From: an uncultured Candidatus Actinomarina sp.
GTDB lineage: Bacteria; Actinomycetota; Acidimicrobiia; Actinomarinales; Actinomarinaceae
Assembly (NCBI GenBank): GCA_902634185.1
Contig: CACPJC010000003.1
Coordinates: 32,369 to 96,368, forward strand
Direction of reading: 5' to 3'
DNA length: 64,000 nucleotides
A program made the position numbers and the translations under genes. Of the stretch, positions 19,066 to 31,268 are shown piece by piece; within the stretch, counting starts at the first letter, position 1, and each line of letters starts with the position of its first letter. Under the pieces are notes generated by a model, which saw only the letters and a list, made by a program, of their open reading frames with translations, had not been told where the DNA came from and did not search any database.

Positions 19066-20922
19066 TTATCCTCGACTGAATGCGGACCAGCCCATCAATG
19101 ATGCCATCTTTTGTTCTGGAAGCATTGGAACATATCCCACTGCTGGGACAATTGCATCCATTGCTACGAAATAAAAGTCAACAAATTGACGAACTTGAGA
19201 CATTCCTTTTGCAGCTTCAGCTACATAAATGAATAGCGGACGTGCTAGGAAGTAATTTCCTTCAAAAGCTGCTTCTGGTGGTTGACAACCATCACCTGCA
19301 TCAACTTCAACAGCAGTTAGTTTATCTTTGTTCTCTTCATAATATGCGAGTCCAAAGTATCCTAATCCACCAGCTGATCCTGCGACACCGTTTACGAGAA
19401 CGTTGTCATCTTCAGATGCTGTATAGTCTGATCGACTTCCACCTGCGTCTTCTGTAAGCTCTTCATTGAAGAAGTCAAATGTACCTGAGTCTGTACCTGG
19501 ACCATATAGGTCTAGTGCAACATCAGGGAAACCTGCTCTAACATCTTTCCAGTTTGTTATTGTGCTATCTGCACCCCAGATTGATGTTAATTCAGCAGTT
19601 GTTAAACATGTTGCCCAGTCATTTGATGTTGGAACAACAACAGAAAGTGCATCGATACCTACTTGAATTTCAAGGTATCCAACACCATTTTCTTCACAAA
19701 GTGCTTTTTCTTTATCTTTAATTGGACGTGACGCGTCTGAAATCATTGTCTCACCTGGACAGAATTTCTTGAATCCTCCACCAGTTCCTGAAACACCGAC
19801 TGATATAGCTACATCTGAATGAATAGCTGTAAACTCTTCAGCAACGGCTTGTGTTACAGGGAACACTGTCGATGAACCATCAATAAGAATTTCTCCACTG
19901 AGGGTTGAATCGCCAGATATAACCTGCCAGTATTCTAATTGTCTATCAGCTGCATCTGGCAACATTGGTATGTAGCCAACAGCTTCAACAATTGGATCAA
20001 GTGAGTCAAAGTAAAAGTCAACGAAAGCTTTGATTACAGGATCTTTTGCTTTAGCATCATTTACATATATAAATAATGGTCTTGCTAATCCATAAGTTCC
20101 TGAGAAAGCTCCTTCAGGACCTATACATCCTTTTCCTGCATCAACTTCAACAGCAGTTAGTTTATCTTTGTTCTCTTCATAATATGCGAGTCCAAAGTAT
20201 CCTAATCCACCAGCTGATCCAGAGACACCGTTTACGAGAACGTTGTCATCTTCAGATGCTGTATAGTCTGATCGACTTCCACCCAAATCTTCAGTTATTT
20301 CTTCATTGAAGAAGTCAAATGTACCTGAGTCTGTACCTGGACCATATAGGTCTAGTGCAACATCAGGGAAACCTGCTCTAACATCTTTCCAGTTTGTTAT
20401 TGTGCTATCTGCACCCCAGATTTTTCCTAATTCTTCAACTGTTAAACATGTTGCCCAGTCATTTGATGTTGGAACAACAACAGAAAGTGCATCTACACCG
20501 ACTTGTAGTTCAGTGAACTCTGTGCCACCTTCATAACAGAGATTTCTTTCTTTATCTTTGATTGGTCTTGAAGCATCAGATATATCTGTTTCTCCAGGAC
20601 AAAATTTCTTGAATCCTCCACCGGTTCCTGACACACCTACAGATATTTCTACACCTGGGTTAACTGCAGTAAATTCTTCTGCTACAGCTTGTGTAATAGG
20701 GAAAACAGTTGAAGATCCGTCGATAAGTATTGATCCAGTTAAGCCTGCATCACTACTACCACTATCAGAAGCTACAGTTGTTTGACTACTGGCTGTTTCC
20801 TCCGATGTTGTTGGTTCTTCACTTTCTTCTGAAGAGGTATCATCATCTCCACCACCACAGGCAGCAAGAACGAGAACCATCACAAGAAGTAAAGACCAAA
20901 ACTTAGATCTTGATCTAATCAT
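19066..20922 (-). CDS. pstS: Phosphate-binding lipoprotein PstS with two tandem complete PstS domains
   Basis: Lipoprotein signal (LVLAACGG), an acidic S/T/E-rich linker, then two about 280-aa PBP domains with the [15 protein letters not shown]...DASRP phosphate-binding boxes. The domains are >80% identical to each other. Confidence 0.85.
   Translation of the reverse strand: MIRSRSKFWSLLLVMVLVLAACGGGDDDTSSEESEEPTTSEETASSQTTVASDSGSSDAGLTGSILIDGSSTVFPITQAVAEEFTAVNPGVEISVGVSGTGGGFKKFCPGETDISDASRPIKDKERNLCYEGGTEFTELQVGVDALSVVVPTSNDWATCLTVEELGKIWGADSTITNWKDVRAGFPDVALDLYGPGTDSGTFDFFNEEITEDLGGSRSDYTASEDDNVLVNGVSGSAGGLGYFGLAYYEENKDKLTAVEVDAGKGCIGPEGAFSGTYGLARPLFIYVNDAKAKDPVIKAFVDFYFDSLDPIVEAVGYIPMLPDAADRQLEYWQVISGDSTLSGEILIDGSSTVFPVTQAVAEEFTAIHSDVAISVGVSGTGGGFKKFCPGETMISDASRPIKDKEKALCEENGVGYLEIQVGIDALSVVVPTSNDWATCLTTAELTSIWGADSTITNWKDVRAGFPDVALDLYGPGTDSGTFDFFNEELTEDAGGSRSDYTASEDDNVLVNGVAGSAGGLGYFGLAYYEENKDKLTAVEVDAGDGCQPPEAAFEGNYFLARPLFIYVAEAAKGMSQVRQFVDFYFVAMDAIVPAVGYVPMLPEQKMASLMGWSAFSRG
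19100..20790. repeat. Intragenic tandem duplication (about 840 bp each) forming the two PstS domains, with stretches of >100 nt nearly identical
   Basis: For example, 19300..19440 is nearly identical to 20140..20280. The antisense ORFs 19242..19457 and 20076..20309 are near-identical echoes of this duplication. Confidence 0.85.
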
Positions 20923-20974
20923 GGATTTCCTTTCTTTAATTTAATTAAATTAACAATGGTAAGAGTATTTTGTA

Positions 20975-20996
20975 AAAGTAAACGCAAAGTAAACGT
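20975..20996 (-). promoter_or_regulatory. Candidate Pho box: two 11-bp direct repeats (C/A)GTTTACTTT(G/T) upstream of pstS
   Basis: On the pstS coding strand the sequence reads CGTTTACTTTGCGTTTACTTTTAC, about 55-75 nt upstream of the pstS start. The 11-bp periodicity is typical of PhoB/PhoP/RegX3-family direct-repeat sites. Confidence 0.3.
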
Positions 20997-21018
20997 TAAG
21001 CTTAAATATGTTTAAGTT

Positions 21019-21849
21019 TCAAATTAACTCAGTAGGTGAAAACCAATTTCCTCTATTAAATGCTAGGATATAACTTTCGTATCCAAGAAAGTCTTTTTGA
21101 TATTCTTCAGGGATATTGAATCCCCACCAATCTGTTTTAAATTGTGATCGATGAGCCTTCATAGAATTGATTTTATTTTCAATATACTTTGTTCCATCTA
21201 TTTCGACATCAATATCCTCATTATCACTTCCGATAGGATTAAATGCATTAAACTCATCTTCAGTTAATATTCCAGCCTCATACATTTGAGTTCGTCTTGC
21301 TTGAATTCTCGATTTTGACCACGCATTAAAATAAAGTCTTTCTGGAATCCATATGTCTTCTTCATCTTTTAATGGAAACTTATCTATATCACCAGCTGCA
21401 AAAAACGCAGCTGTTCCAACTCTATGTGTTTGAATATGATCAGGATGCCCATATCCCCCAAATGGATCATAGGTTATTAAAACATCAGGTTTATATTTTC
21501 TTATTTCTGTCACAAGCTTGCCCACAGGTCCAAAATAGTCTTGTCTCCAAAAACAATCAGGATCATTGTTCTCCTCTGTGCCCATCATTCCAGAGTCTTT
21601 ATATCCAAGCCATTCATATTCTTTTACACCTAGAGCATCTAAACTTTTTTCAAGTTCCTCTTTTCGCATTTCAGCCAATTTTGGAAATAACTCTTCTGGG
21701 TTTTCATAGTTATGAATTTCTCCAGCTGAACCATCAGTTGCTGTAACAACAACAACTCGATGACCTTCATCTGCATATTTAGCTAAGGTAACACCTGTTG
21801 ATACGCTTTCATCGTCAGGATGTGCGTGAAAAGCAAGAATTGTTGCCAT
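21019..21849 (-). CDS. PIG-L/LmbE-family N-acetylglucosaminyl deacetylase (MshB/Mca-like)
   Basis: AFHAHPDDES...TDG...HPDH zinc-binding motifs of the LmbE family. 276 aa. Confidence 0.7.
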   Translation of the reverse strand: MATILAFHAHPDDESVSTGVTLAKYADEGHRVVVVTATDGSAGEIHNYENPEELFPKLAEMRKEELEKSLDALGVKEYEWLGYKDSGMMGTEENNDPDCFWRQDYFGPVGKLVTEIRKYKPDVLITYDPFGGYGHPDHIQTHRVGTAAFFAAGDIDKFPLKDEEDIWIPERLYFNAWSKSRIQARRTQMYEAGILTEDEFNAFNPIGSDNEDIDVEIDGTKYIENKINSMKAHRSQFKTDWWGFNIPEEYQKDFLGYESYILAFNRGNWFSPTELI

Positions 21850-22166
21850 TATTCGTCTGAGGTAAATGTCTTCTTTGCTAACTCTTGCCCGAGTTCGATG
21901 GCTTTATCATGATCACCGTCAATTTTTTCAACTAACTCACCAAGAACAATTACTTTTTCACCAGTAATTTGAAGTATTCCGCCAGAAATTGCAAAAGATG
22001 TTCTCTGATTATCATGCTCTATGGTTAACCCACCTGGAACTAATGTAGCTACGGTTGGTTCATGGCCTTCTAATATACCAATCTCTCCGTTTGGAGTTCT
22101 TGATATGACCATTGTTGCATCCCCTGTAAAGCAACTCTCCTCAGGAGAAACGACCTCTACATACAT
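21849..22166 (-). CDS. atpC: F1Fo ATP synthase epsilon subunit
   Basis: 105 aa, position after atpD, epsilon-like N-terminal beta-sandwich sequence. Confidence 0.8.
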   Translation of the reverse strand: MYVEVVSPEESCFTGDATMVISRTPNGEIGILEGHEPTVATLVPGGLTIEHDNQRTSFAISGGILQITGEKVIVLGELVEKIDGDHDKAIELGQELAKKTFTSDE

Positions 22167-23585
<1,419 letters not shown>

Positions 23586-23596
23586 TTAGTTTCTCC

Positions 23597-24466
23597 TTAC
23601 CCGGCTAAAGCTTCCGCTCCACCAACAATTTCTGAAATCTCTGTTGTAATCTCAGCTTGTCTAGCTTGATTACTTTGTCTTGATAAAATCTTGATTAACT
23701 CTTCTGCGTTCTCGGTAGCAGCTTTCATTGCTCTCATTCGTGACGCATGCTCTGATGTTGAAGCATTCAGTAATGAAGAGAAGATTGTCGCATTTGTATA
23801 TTTTGGAATGATGTTGCTGAGAACCTGACTTGCTGAAGGTTCAAATGTATACCCACCAACTGACTCTATTTCTTTCGCTATCTGTTCTACTTCGAAAGGA
23901 AGTACTGTCTTATACAACGCCGTTTGAGTCATTGCAGATTTATATTCTGTGTAAACAATTTCAATTTGATTTGTTTTTCCATCATAGAATTCTTGTACAA
24001 GAGGTGTCATAATCTCTAGTGCATTCTCGAAATTTGGCTCATCAGTAATGCCCTCATAGTTTTGTTTAGGTTCAATATTTCTGTACTTAAAGTAACCATT
24101 TGCTTTTTTTCCAACGGTCACAATCTCAACTTTATTATTCAAGTTTTCATATTCAGCTTTTCTTACCTCAGCAAGTTTTAAAATATTGGTGTTATATGCA
24201 CCAGCAAGTCCTCGATCTGAAGTAATAACAACTAATGTTATTTTTTTTGTTCCTTCAACCGGTGGTGAACTTGGCATCTCTCCACTTCCTGTTAATTCCT
24301 CAACAATTTGTGAGAGTAGATTTGTGTAATTATTTGATGATGTAAGTCTTTGTTGTGCTTTTACGATTCTTGAAGATGCAATAAGTTCCATTGCACGTGT
24401 TATTTTCTTAGTGGATTTAACACTCTTTATTCTTCTATTTATGATTCGTAATTCAGCACTTGCCAT
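23597..24466 (-). CDS. atpG: F1Fo ATP synthase gamma subunit
   Basis: 289 aa, gamma-like termini (RIKSVKSTKKITRAMELIASSR...). Confidence 0.9.
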   Translation of the reverse strand: MASAELRIINRRIKSVKSTKKITRAMELIASSRIVKAQQRLTSSNNYTNLLSQIVEELTGSGEMPSSPPVEGTKKITLVVITSDRGLAGAYNTNILKLAEVRKAEYENLNNKVEIVTVGKKANGYFKYRNIEPKQNYEGITDEPNFENALEIMTPLVQEFYDGKTNQIEIVYTEYKSAMTQTALYKTVLPFEVEQIAKEIESVGGYTFEPSASQVLSNIIPKYTNATIFSSLLNASTSEHASRMRAMKAATENAEELIKILSRQSNQARQAEITTEISEIVGGAEALAG

Positions 24467-24469
24467 GGT

Positions 24470-25987
24470 TTATTCTTCTTTTTTCTCCAATGTACTTACA
24501 AAGGCTTCAACAGCTGTTTTTAATTCCTCTTCAGGTAATTCACCTGTTGTTTTTATTGAATTAATAACATCTGAATGTCTTGTTTTAACAAAATCAATCA
24601 AATCTAATTCGGTTTGAGGGATGTCAGCAGGATCAACTACATCTAAAAATCCCTCTGTTACTGCATAGAGTGAGATGACTTGCTCTTCCATTGGCACTGG
24701 TTGATATTGTGGCTGCTTTAATAATTCGACAACTCTTCTTCCTCTATCAAGCTGTGCTTGTGATGCAGCATCCAAGTCTGATCCAAACTCTGCAAAGGCC
24801 TCTAACTCTCTGAACTGTGCAAGGTTAATTCTTAAAGGTCCTGAAACTTTCTTCATAGCTTTAGTTTGTGCAGCACCACCCACTCTTGATACTGATGTAC
24901 CTGGGTTTACAGCAGGTCTAACACCAGAATAAAAGAGTTCTGATTCCAAATAAATCTGTCCATCTGTAATGGAAATAACATTTGTTGGGATGAATGCCGA
25001 TACGTCTCCAGCTTTTGTTTCTATGATTGGTAGCCCTGTAAGTGAACCGCCACCTAACTCTTCACTAACTTTTGCACAACGCTCTAATAGCCTCGAGTGA
25101 AGATAGAAAACGTCACCAGGATAAGCCTCTCTTCCAGGAGGTCTTCTTAGTAGAAGTGATATCTGACGATATGCGATGGCTTGTTTTGATAGATCGTCAA
25201 AAACAATTAATCCATGCTCACCGTTATACATCCAATGTTGGCCAATTGCTGACCCAGCATAAGGAGCATACATCTGCAATGCAGCTGCAGCTGAGGCGGG
25301 TGCGTTTACAATTACTACTTTATCTAGAACACCCTCTTGCTCAAATCTCTCTACTACTTCTGCAACAGTTGATGATTTTTGACCAATAGCAACATAGATA
25401 CATTTAACATCTGTGTCTTTTTGATTGATTATTGTATCAACTGCAACAGCAGTTTTTCCAATCTGTCTATCACCAATAATTAATTCTCTTTGTCCACGAC
25501 CAATTGGAATCATTGAGTCAATAGCTTTAATACCAGTTTGTAGTGGCTCCCCAACGGGTTGTCTTTCAACAACAGATGGGGCTTGAAGTTCTAATCGTCT
25601 TCGTTCAGTAAATTCAATAGGTCCTTTGCCATCAATTGGATTTCCTAGGGGATCAATAACTCTTCCCAAAAAGCCATCACCAACACCAATTGACAACACC
25701 TCTCCAGTTTGTTTTACAGGCATGCCCTCTTCTATGTGATTTGAGTCACCCATCAAAACAACACCGATAGAATCCTCTTCAAGGTTAAGTGCTACTCCAA
25801 CAAGTCCCCCTGGGAATTCAAGAAGCTCTGATGCCATAACATTTTCTAAGCCTTTAACTCTTGCTACTCCATCAGCTACCGCAGAAACGTAACCAACAAG
25901 ATCGTCTTTTACAGAATCCTGCCAATCACCTAGAGTCTCTTTTAATGAATCTGATATTTGTTTTGCATCAATATTAAATTCGCTCAA
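24470..25987 (-). CDS. atpA: F1Fo ATP synthase alpha subunit
   Basis: [10 protein letters not shown]-loop. 505 aa. Confidence 0.95.
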   Translation of the reverse strand: MSEFNIDAKQISDSLKETLGDWQDSVKDDLVGYVSAVADGVARVKGLENVMASELLEFPGGLVGVALNLEEDSIGVVLMGDSNHIEEGMPVKQTGEVLSIGVGDGFLGRVIDPLGNPIDGKGPIEFTERRRLELQAPSVVERQPVGEPLQTGIKAIDSMIPIGRGQRELIIGDRQIGKTAVAVDTIINQKDTDVKCIYVAIGQKSSTVAEVVERFEQEGVLDKVVIVNAPASAAAALQMYAPYAGSAIGQHWMYNGEHGLIVFDDLSKQAIAYRQISLLLRRPPGREAYPGDVFYLHSRLLERCAKVSEELGGGSLTGLPIIETKAGDVSAFIPTNVISITDGQIYLESELFYSGVRPAVNPGTSVSRVGGAAQTKAMKKVSGPLRINLAQFRELEAFAEFGSDLDAASQAQLDRGRRVVELLKQPQYQPVPMEEQVISLYAVTEGFLDVVDPADIPQTELDLIDFVKTRHSDVINSIKTTGELPEEELKTAVEAFVSTLEKKEE

Positions 25988-25988
25988 T

Positions 25989-26516
25989 TTACCTACTTTC
26001 TAAAACTGTTTTTATCTCTGAGATTTTTGAGGAAATCAATCCATCAAATGTTCTCTCACCAATACTTACGCTAAGTCCACCCAATACATCTGGATTAACT
26101 TCAACTTTTATTTCCACATCGGTGCCTAATTTTTTCTTGAGGGCACTTATTAAACTTTTTTCAGTTTTTGCATCTAATTCAACAGCTGAAACAACTTTTG
26201 CAACTGATGCCCCTCTTTTTTCAGCAATATAATTTGCGACCGAACTCTCGATATCAGAGAGGTTATCTCCAAAACCTTGAGATATTGTCAAGGTTATTAG
26301 ATCAAGAGTGAGTGGTAACACTCTTTTGTCGAGTAATGAATTAACTACCTCTATCTTCTTTTCAACAGGAATACCAAAATTTCTAAACACATCTAATGCT
26401 TCAGAGCTTTTTGAAAATGCATTGAAAACTTGGAGGATTTCATTTTCAACTCTTTCAGCATCTTTAGATGAAGAAATAATTTCAACAATTCCTTTTGAGA
26501 AAGAATCAACAGACAT
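25989..26516 (-). CDS. atpH: F1Fo ATP synthase delta subunit
   Basis: 175 aa (OSCP-like), position in operon. Confidence 0.8.
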   Translation of the reverse strand: MSVDSFSKGIVEIISSSKDAERVENEILQVFNAFSKSSEALDVFRNFGIPVEKKIEVVNSLLDKRVLPLTLDLITLTISQGFGDNLSDIESSVANYIAEKRGASVAKVVSAVELDAKTEKSLISALKKKLGTDVEIKVEVNPDVLGGLSVSIGERTFDGLISSKISEIKTVLESR

Positions 26517-26520
26517 TTAC

Positions 26521-27057
26521 TTAATTCAACTCCTTAATAAACTTTTCAATTAATTTTTTTTGATCAGCTTTTGACATTGAAGAAGCTACTTTTTGAGAAA
26601 TCTCAAGAGATAGATCAGCTACCTCACTTTTTAACTCAGTTGAGACTCTTTCTTTTTCAGCGTCTGAGTCTGACTTTGCTTTTTCAATTATTGCTTCTGC
26701 TTCAGCTCTTGCTTCAGTTAAAACATCTTCTTTAAGTTTTTCTGCAGCTTGCTTACCTTCATCAATAATTTTTTGAACTTCTGCGTCAGCGTTTGAAACT
26801 AAAGCATCATATTCTTGCTTTGATTTCTCAGCTTCTGATTTAGTATCTTCAGCTTCCTTTATCTGTCCTTCTATTTCAGCAGATCTTTTATCAAGTGTTT
26901 CGTTCATGGCAGGTAAAGCCCACTTCCAAACAAAGAAAAATACTACTGCAAAAGCTACTACTCCAGCTACTAATTCTGAAGTTGCAGGCAGCAATAAGTC
27001 AACACCTGAGCTTGACTCTTCTGCTTCCGCTAAAAATGTATCCAAATAAAACATCAT
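26521..27057 (-). CDS. atpF: F1Fo ATP synthase subunit b
   Basis: N-terminal TM helix followed by a long charged coiled-coil. Confidence 0.8.
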   Translation of the reverse strand: MMFYLDTFLAEAEESSSGVDLLLPATSELVAGVVAFAVVFFFVWKWALPAMNETLDKRSAEIEGQIKEAEDTKSEAEKSKQEYDALVSNADAEVQKIIDEGKQAAEKLKEDVLTEARAEAEAIIEKAKSDSDAEKERVSTELKSEVADLSLEISQKVASSMSKADQKKLIEKFIKELN

Positions 27058-27059
27058 TT

Positions 27060-27275
<216 letters not shown>

Positions 27276-27279
27276 TTAA

Positions 27280-28086
27280 TTAATGCTCTGGATGCAGAGA
27301 CGTCTGTATATAAACTGCTGACAACAAAGTAAATATGTATGCCTGCAGAATAGAAACTATTAATTCAAAACCATATATTGCAAGACCTAATGTAAACCAT
27401 GCAAGACCAACAGGTGCTTTTGATACGATATACTCGCCTACTCCAGGTTGTACAACAAAGAAATATGCTGAAGCCAAGAGAAGACTTAACATTACGTGAC
27501 CCGCTACAAGGTTAGCAAATAATCGAACAGCTAAACTAAATGGTCTTACAAGTAGAACTGAAACTAACTCGATTGCGCCAACAAGAGGTTTTAAGGCTAC
27601 AGGAACTCCTGGTGGCCATAGTAAGTTTGTAAAATATTTTATTCCCTCTGTTTTGATTCCGACAAAAAGAAATATTACGTAGGTGATAAGGCTTAAGAAT
27701 AGAGGAAGTGCCATGCGAGATGTTACTGGGAAATTGATAAGTGGAGTGACCTCAAATAAGTTACCAACCAAGATAAACATAAATACTGAAATTAGATATG
27801 GTGTAAATTTCTCTCCACCTCGGCCAATTACACCTAGGGCTATTTCATCTTTCACGAAAGTAAAGATGCTTTCAACTACAGATTGAAGTCTTCCAGGAAC
27901 AACTGATTTTTTTCTAAGCCCAAAAAACATTAAAACTACTGGGATAATCGCAGCTAAAAGTATAAGAATTTCTGTTCGGGAGATATCAGAAGAACCAAAG
28001 TTCCCAAATTCGAACAAAGAGTTTACATTTTCAGGTTTGCAAACAACGTTGTTTATAAAATCACAAGTCTCAGCTGCTGTTATCAT
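27280..28086 (-). CDS. atpB: F1Fo ATP synthase subunit a
   Basis: Polytopic protein with a conserved Arg in the penultimate helix (LAVRLFANL). Confidence 0.9.
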   Translation of the reverse strand: MITAAETCDFINNVVCKPENVNSLFEFGNFGSSDISRTEILILLAAIIPVVLMFFGLRKKSVVPGRLQSVVESIFTFVKDEIALGVIGRGGEKFTPYLISVFMFILVGNLFEVTPLINFPVTSRMALPLFLSLITYVIFLFVGIKTEGIKYFTNLLWPPGVPVALKPLVGAIELVSVLLVRPFSLAVRLFANLVAGHVMLSLLLASAYFFVVQPGVGEYIVSKAPVGLAWFTLGLAIYGFELIVSILQAYIFTLLSAVYIQTSLHPEH

Positions 28087-28474
28087 TTGCCCAATCTAAG
28101 TCAGTGTCTTTTCTTTTAATTACCATAGCCATTTCTAAGAATAACATACTTAAAAACACGATTGGCACTGTCAAAGACATTGCCAATTCATCAATAGAAT
28201 ATAAGCTTCTCAGTAATAAGAGAAGTCCAAAAATGAAAATTAATCTGAATAAATATCCAAAAATTGCGGCGAAGTAATAGAAATTTAATGAGACTTTTGC
28301 TGCATATGACATGATGACTGCACCCAAATAAAATCCAATTGCAACAATTATTGATGACGCAAGAGATGTAACAAATGCATTTTGTGATCTAATTAAAAAA
28401 AGAAGTGGGCAAAGAATATAAATTATTGACGCCCTTTTAAGCATTCTTGTAGCTAGTACTAATTCAACATTCAT
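28070..28474 (-). CDS. Hydrophobic membrane protein upstream of atpB (AtpI-like, uncertain)
   Basis: 134-aa four-TM protein in the position occupied by atpI in actinobacterial atp operons. Confidence 0.4.
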   Translation of the reverse strand: MNVELVLATRMLKRASIIYILCPLLFLIRSQNAFVTSLASSIIVAIGFYLGAVIMSYAAKVSLNFYYFAAIFGYLFRLIFIFGLLLLLRSLYSIDELAMSLTVPIVFLSMLFLEMAMVIKRKDTDLDWANDNSS

Positions 28475-28683
28475 TGATCTTGTTCAAGCTTTTTTGAAAT
28501 TTTCCACATTCTTCTGAAACCATCATAAATTCCAACAAACAAAAAGATGATAACTGTGTACGGCTCAAACCCGATAAAATTTTGGACAAGTAAACCCACT
28601 AACAGACCGCTAATTATTGAAGTTGAAAACGAACTTACTGGACCGTAGTCTTCTAAATTTAATTTTCTTCGATTGTTAGACAT
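28471..28683 (-). CDS. Small AtpZ/AtpI-family membrane protein (putative)
   Basis: 70 aa, two TM segments, basic N-terminus, at the head of the atp operon. Confidence 0.4.
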   Translation of the reverse strand: MSNNRRKLNLEDYGPVSSFSTSIISGLLVGLLVQNFIGFEPYTVIIFLFVGIYDGFRRMWKISKKLEQDQ

Positions 28684-29938
28684 ATGGCTTGTATTGTGAA
28701 GCTAACTCTTTTACTTCATCTTTTAATTCATCAAGCTTGTTTGAATCTGATCTATTTTTTAGAATTTCTGAAATTAAATATCCTACTTTTGTTAATTCAC
28801 TTTCCTTCATTCCACATGTTGTTGCAGCTGGCGTACCCATTCTTATGCCTGATGTAACAAATGGTGATCTCTCATCAAATGGAATGGCATTTCGATTTAG
28901 CGTAATTCCCATTTCATTGAGTAAAATACCTGCATCTTTACCAGTTAGCTCTTCGTCAACACTGTTTGTATCAACTAATACAATGTGATTAGTTGTTCCC
29001 CCGCTTACAACTCTTAGACCTTCATTTATGAAAGAGTCAGAGAGTGCTGAAGCATTCTTTAAAATTTGAGCGGTATAATCTTGAAAATCTTTTGATAGTG
29101 CTTCTTTAAAGCAAACGGCCTTTGCTGCAATCTGGTTATTTAATGCTCCACCTTGTGCTCCTGGGAAAATATTTTTATCTACACCTTTTGCAAATTCCTC
29201 AGTTGATAAAATCATTCCACCTCTTGGACCTCTCAGTGCTTTGTGAGTTGTTGCAGTGACAACATCAGCATATTTCATTGGATTCTCAACAACCTTACCG
29301 GCAACAAGGCCAATAAAATGTGCGGCATCAACCATAAAATAAGCTCCAACTGAATCAGCAATCTCTCTAAAAGCCTTGTAATCAAGCTCCTGAGAATAAG
29401 ATGAGTATCCTGCAATTAGTAATTTTGGTTTTGTTTCCTCTGCTAATTTTGCAACATCATCCATATTGATCAATTCAGTTTCTTTATCTAATCCATAACC
29501 AACAAAGTTATACATTCTTCCAGAAAAGTTAACAGGAGAACCGTGTGTTAAATGCCCACCTTGGTCAAGAGACATACCCATAACGGTGTCACCAGCTTCT
29601 AGGAGGTTTAAGTAGACTGCCATGTTTGCTGATGATCCTGAATGAGGCTGGACGTTTGCATGATCTGCCTCAAATAATTCACATGCTCTGTCAATTGCGA
29701 GTTGTTCTATCTCATCAACAGTCTCACAACCCTCGTAATATCTTCTTCCTGGAAAACCTTCTGAATACTTGTTTGTAAGAATAGAACCTGACGCCTGCAT
29801 CACTGCCTTTGATGCAAAGTTCTCCGAAGCAATTAAATGTATATGTGAGTTTTGACGTGCTAAATCATTATCAATTAATGATGCTATCTCATTATCTGTT
29901 TCAAATAATTCAGTGTTTAATGCGCCAGTATTTTCCAT
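28676..29938 (-). CDS. glyA: Serine hydroxymethyltransferase
   Basis: PLP-Lys box [12 protein letters not shown]. 420 aa. Confidence 0.95.
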   Translation of the reverse strand: MENTGALNTELFETDNEIASLIDNDLARQNSHIHLIASENFASKAVMQASGSILTNKYSEGFPGRRYYEGCETVDEIEQLAIDRACELFEADHANVQPHSGSSANMAVYLNLLEAGDTVMGMSLDQGGHLTHGSPVNFSGRMYNFVGYGLDKETELINMDDVAKLAEETKPKLLIAGYSSYSQELDYKAFREIADSVGAYFMVDAAHFIGLVAGKVVENPMKYADVVTATTHKALRGPRGGMILSTEEFAKGVDKNIFPGAQGGALNNQIAAKAVCFKEALSKDFQDYTAQILKNASALSDSFINEGLRVVSGGTTNHIVLVDTNSVDEELTGKDAGILLNEMGITLNRNAIPFDERSPFVTSGIRMGTPAATTCGMKESELTKVGYLISEILKNRSDSNKLDELKDEVKELASQYKPYV

Positions 29939-29947
29939 ATTTACACT

Positions 29948-30535
29948 TTAACAGTAACTTGGAGGCCATTTAAGTGGCCCTTGCCTTAAAATTTCCCCAC
30001 CTGTAACTCTAAAATCGACAACTGTAGATCCATCTCCATGGATTGATGATCCCTCTAAATAATATCCAATATTGTCTTTAAACATTTCATATGCCTCACT
30101 GTCGTTCTTTGCTTCTTCGTCGCCAGAGGTATTTGCACTTGTAACTGCCAGTGGACCAATTTCATTTAATAGTTGTATAGTTAGTTCATTATCAGGAACT
30201 CTTAATCCAATTGTGTTTGGATTTTTTGTACCGACACCATCAACATATTCTTCATTGGTTTCAACAACTGCAGTCAGAGGTCCTGGCCAGTAGAGATCTA
30301 CAATTTCAGGTACTTGTGTAACAAGATCAAGTTGTTGCAAATATGTGTATGAGGGAATAAGTAATGAGATAGGTTTTGAATCATCTCTTTCTTTTAATTC
30401 GAATAATTTTTCTACAGCTTCTTTAGAGTTTGGATTGACGCCTATACCGTAAACGGTTTCTGTGGGAATACCAACAACTTCATTTTTATTAATTGCATCT
30501 ATTGCTTGTGAGATATTATCGCCTTGCATAAACAT
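29948..30535 (-). CDS. tsaC: L-threonylcarbamoyladenylate synthase (YrdC/Sua5 family)
   Basis: YrdC-domain motifs (GIPTETVYGIG, K..ELK.R...PISLL). 195 aa. Confidence 0.8.
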   Translation of the reverse strand: MFMQGDNISQAIDAINKNEVVGIPTETVYGIGVNPNSKEAVEKLFELKERDDSKPISLLIPSYTYLQQLDLVTQVPEIVDLYWPGPLTAVVETNEEYVDGVGTKNPNTIGLRVPDNELTIQLLNEIGPLAVTSANTSGDEEAKNDSEAYEMFKDNIGYYLEGSSIHGDGSTVVDFRVTGGEILRQGPLKWPPSYC

Positions 30536-31268
30536 ACCTATCTTTGTCTGCCAAGTCTTTAATTAATTCTACATCGTCATAGTTATTCAATAATTCAATT
30601 ACTTTCTGCCCAAATCTCTCATCAATCTCAAGAAATATTTCAAAGTCTTTGTATTCTTTATGATCAATTTGATTTATAAGGTTTTGAATAATGTTAATCC
30701 CGTCATTATCTCCACCATCAAGGGCATTTAAAGGTTCGTAATTAAGGACTTCCAAATCAAGAGTTTCAATTTCACTACTTGGTATATATGGTAAGTTTGC
30801 AATTATTAAGTCAAAATTATTACTACTTACTTCATTAAGGAGATCTGATTGGATGAATTCAATATTCATTCCATTGAGGGTTGCGTTTTCAGTAGCTAAT
30901 TGAATAGCAAAAGGTGAGATATCGATCCCTTTTACTTCAGCTTCTGGATATAAATGTTTCATCATCAGACTTATACAACCAGAACCAGTACCAACATCTA
31001 ATATGCTTTTTGGTTTTACAACCTTGTTTTTAATTATCTCGATCAAATACTCTGTTTCAGGTCTTGGAATTAATGCACGTTCATCTACTTTTAACTGGAC
31101 CGTATAAAAGGGCATGAATTCTTCAATATATTGAATTGGTTCGTGATTTAACCTGCGTGTAAGTAATGTTGAATATTCATTTTGATATTCTGTTTTACTA
31201 CCAGAGATTTCTTGAGCTTTTTGTTTTAACCTCTCAAGTTCATGATTTGGGATAGATTTTATATCCAA
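30516..31268 (-). CDS. prmC: Release-factor glutamine N5-methyltransferase (PrmC/HemK)
   Basis: SAM motif LDVGTGSGCI and an NLPY variant of the NPPY substrate box. Adjacent to prfA. Confidence 0.8.
   Translation of the reverse strand: MDIKSIPNHELERLKQKAQEISGSKTEYQNEYSTLLTRRLNHEPIQYIEEFMPFYTVQLKVDERALIPRPETEYLIEIIKNKVVKPKSILDVGTGSGCISLMMKHLYPEAEVKGIDISPFAIQLATENATLNGMNIEFIQSDLLNEVSSNNFDLIIANLPYIPSSEIETLDLEVLNYEPLNALDGGDNDGINIIQNLINQIDHKEYKDFEIFLEIDERFGQKVIELLNNYDDVELIKDLADKDRYVYARR

Noticed and set aside
19242-20536. Plus-strand ORFs 19242..19457, 19466..19666, 20076..20309 and 20306..20536, which look like a duplicated small-gene pair
   Set aside because: They are antisense to pstS. Their near-identity simply reflects the pstS internal duplication.
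20997-21017. Short AT-rich inverted repeat CTTAAA-TATG-TTTAAG at the 3' end of the LmbE-like gene, considered as a terminator
   Set aside because: It is only a 6-bp AT stem with no U-tract, and it is expected by chance in a roughly 33% GC genome.
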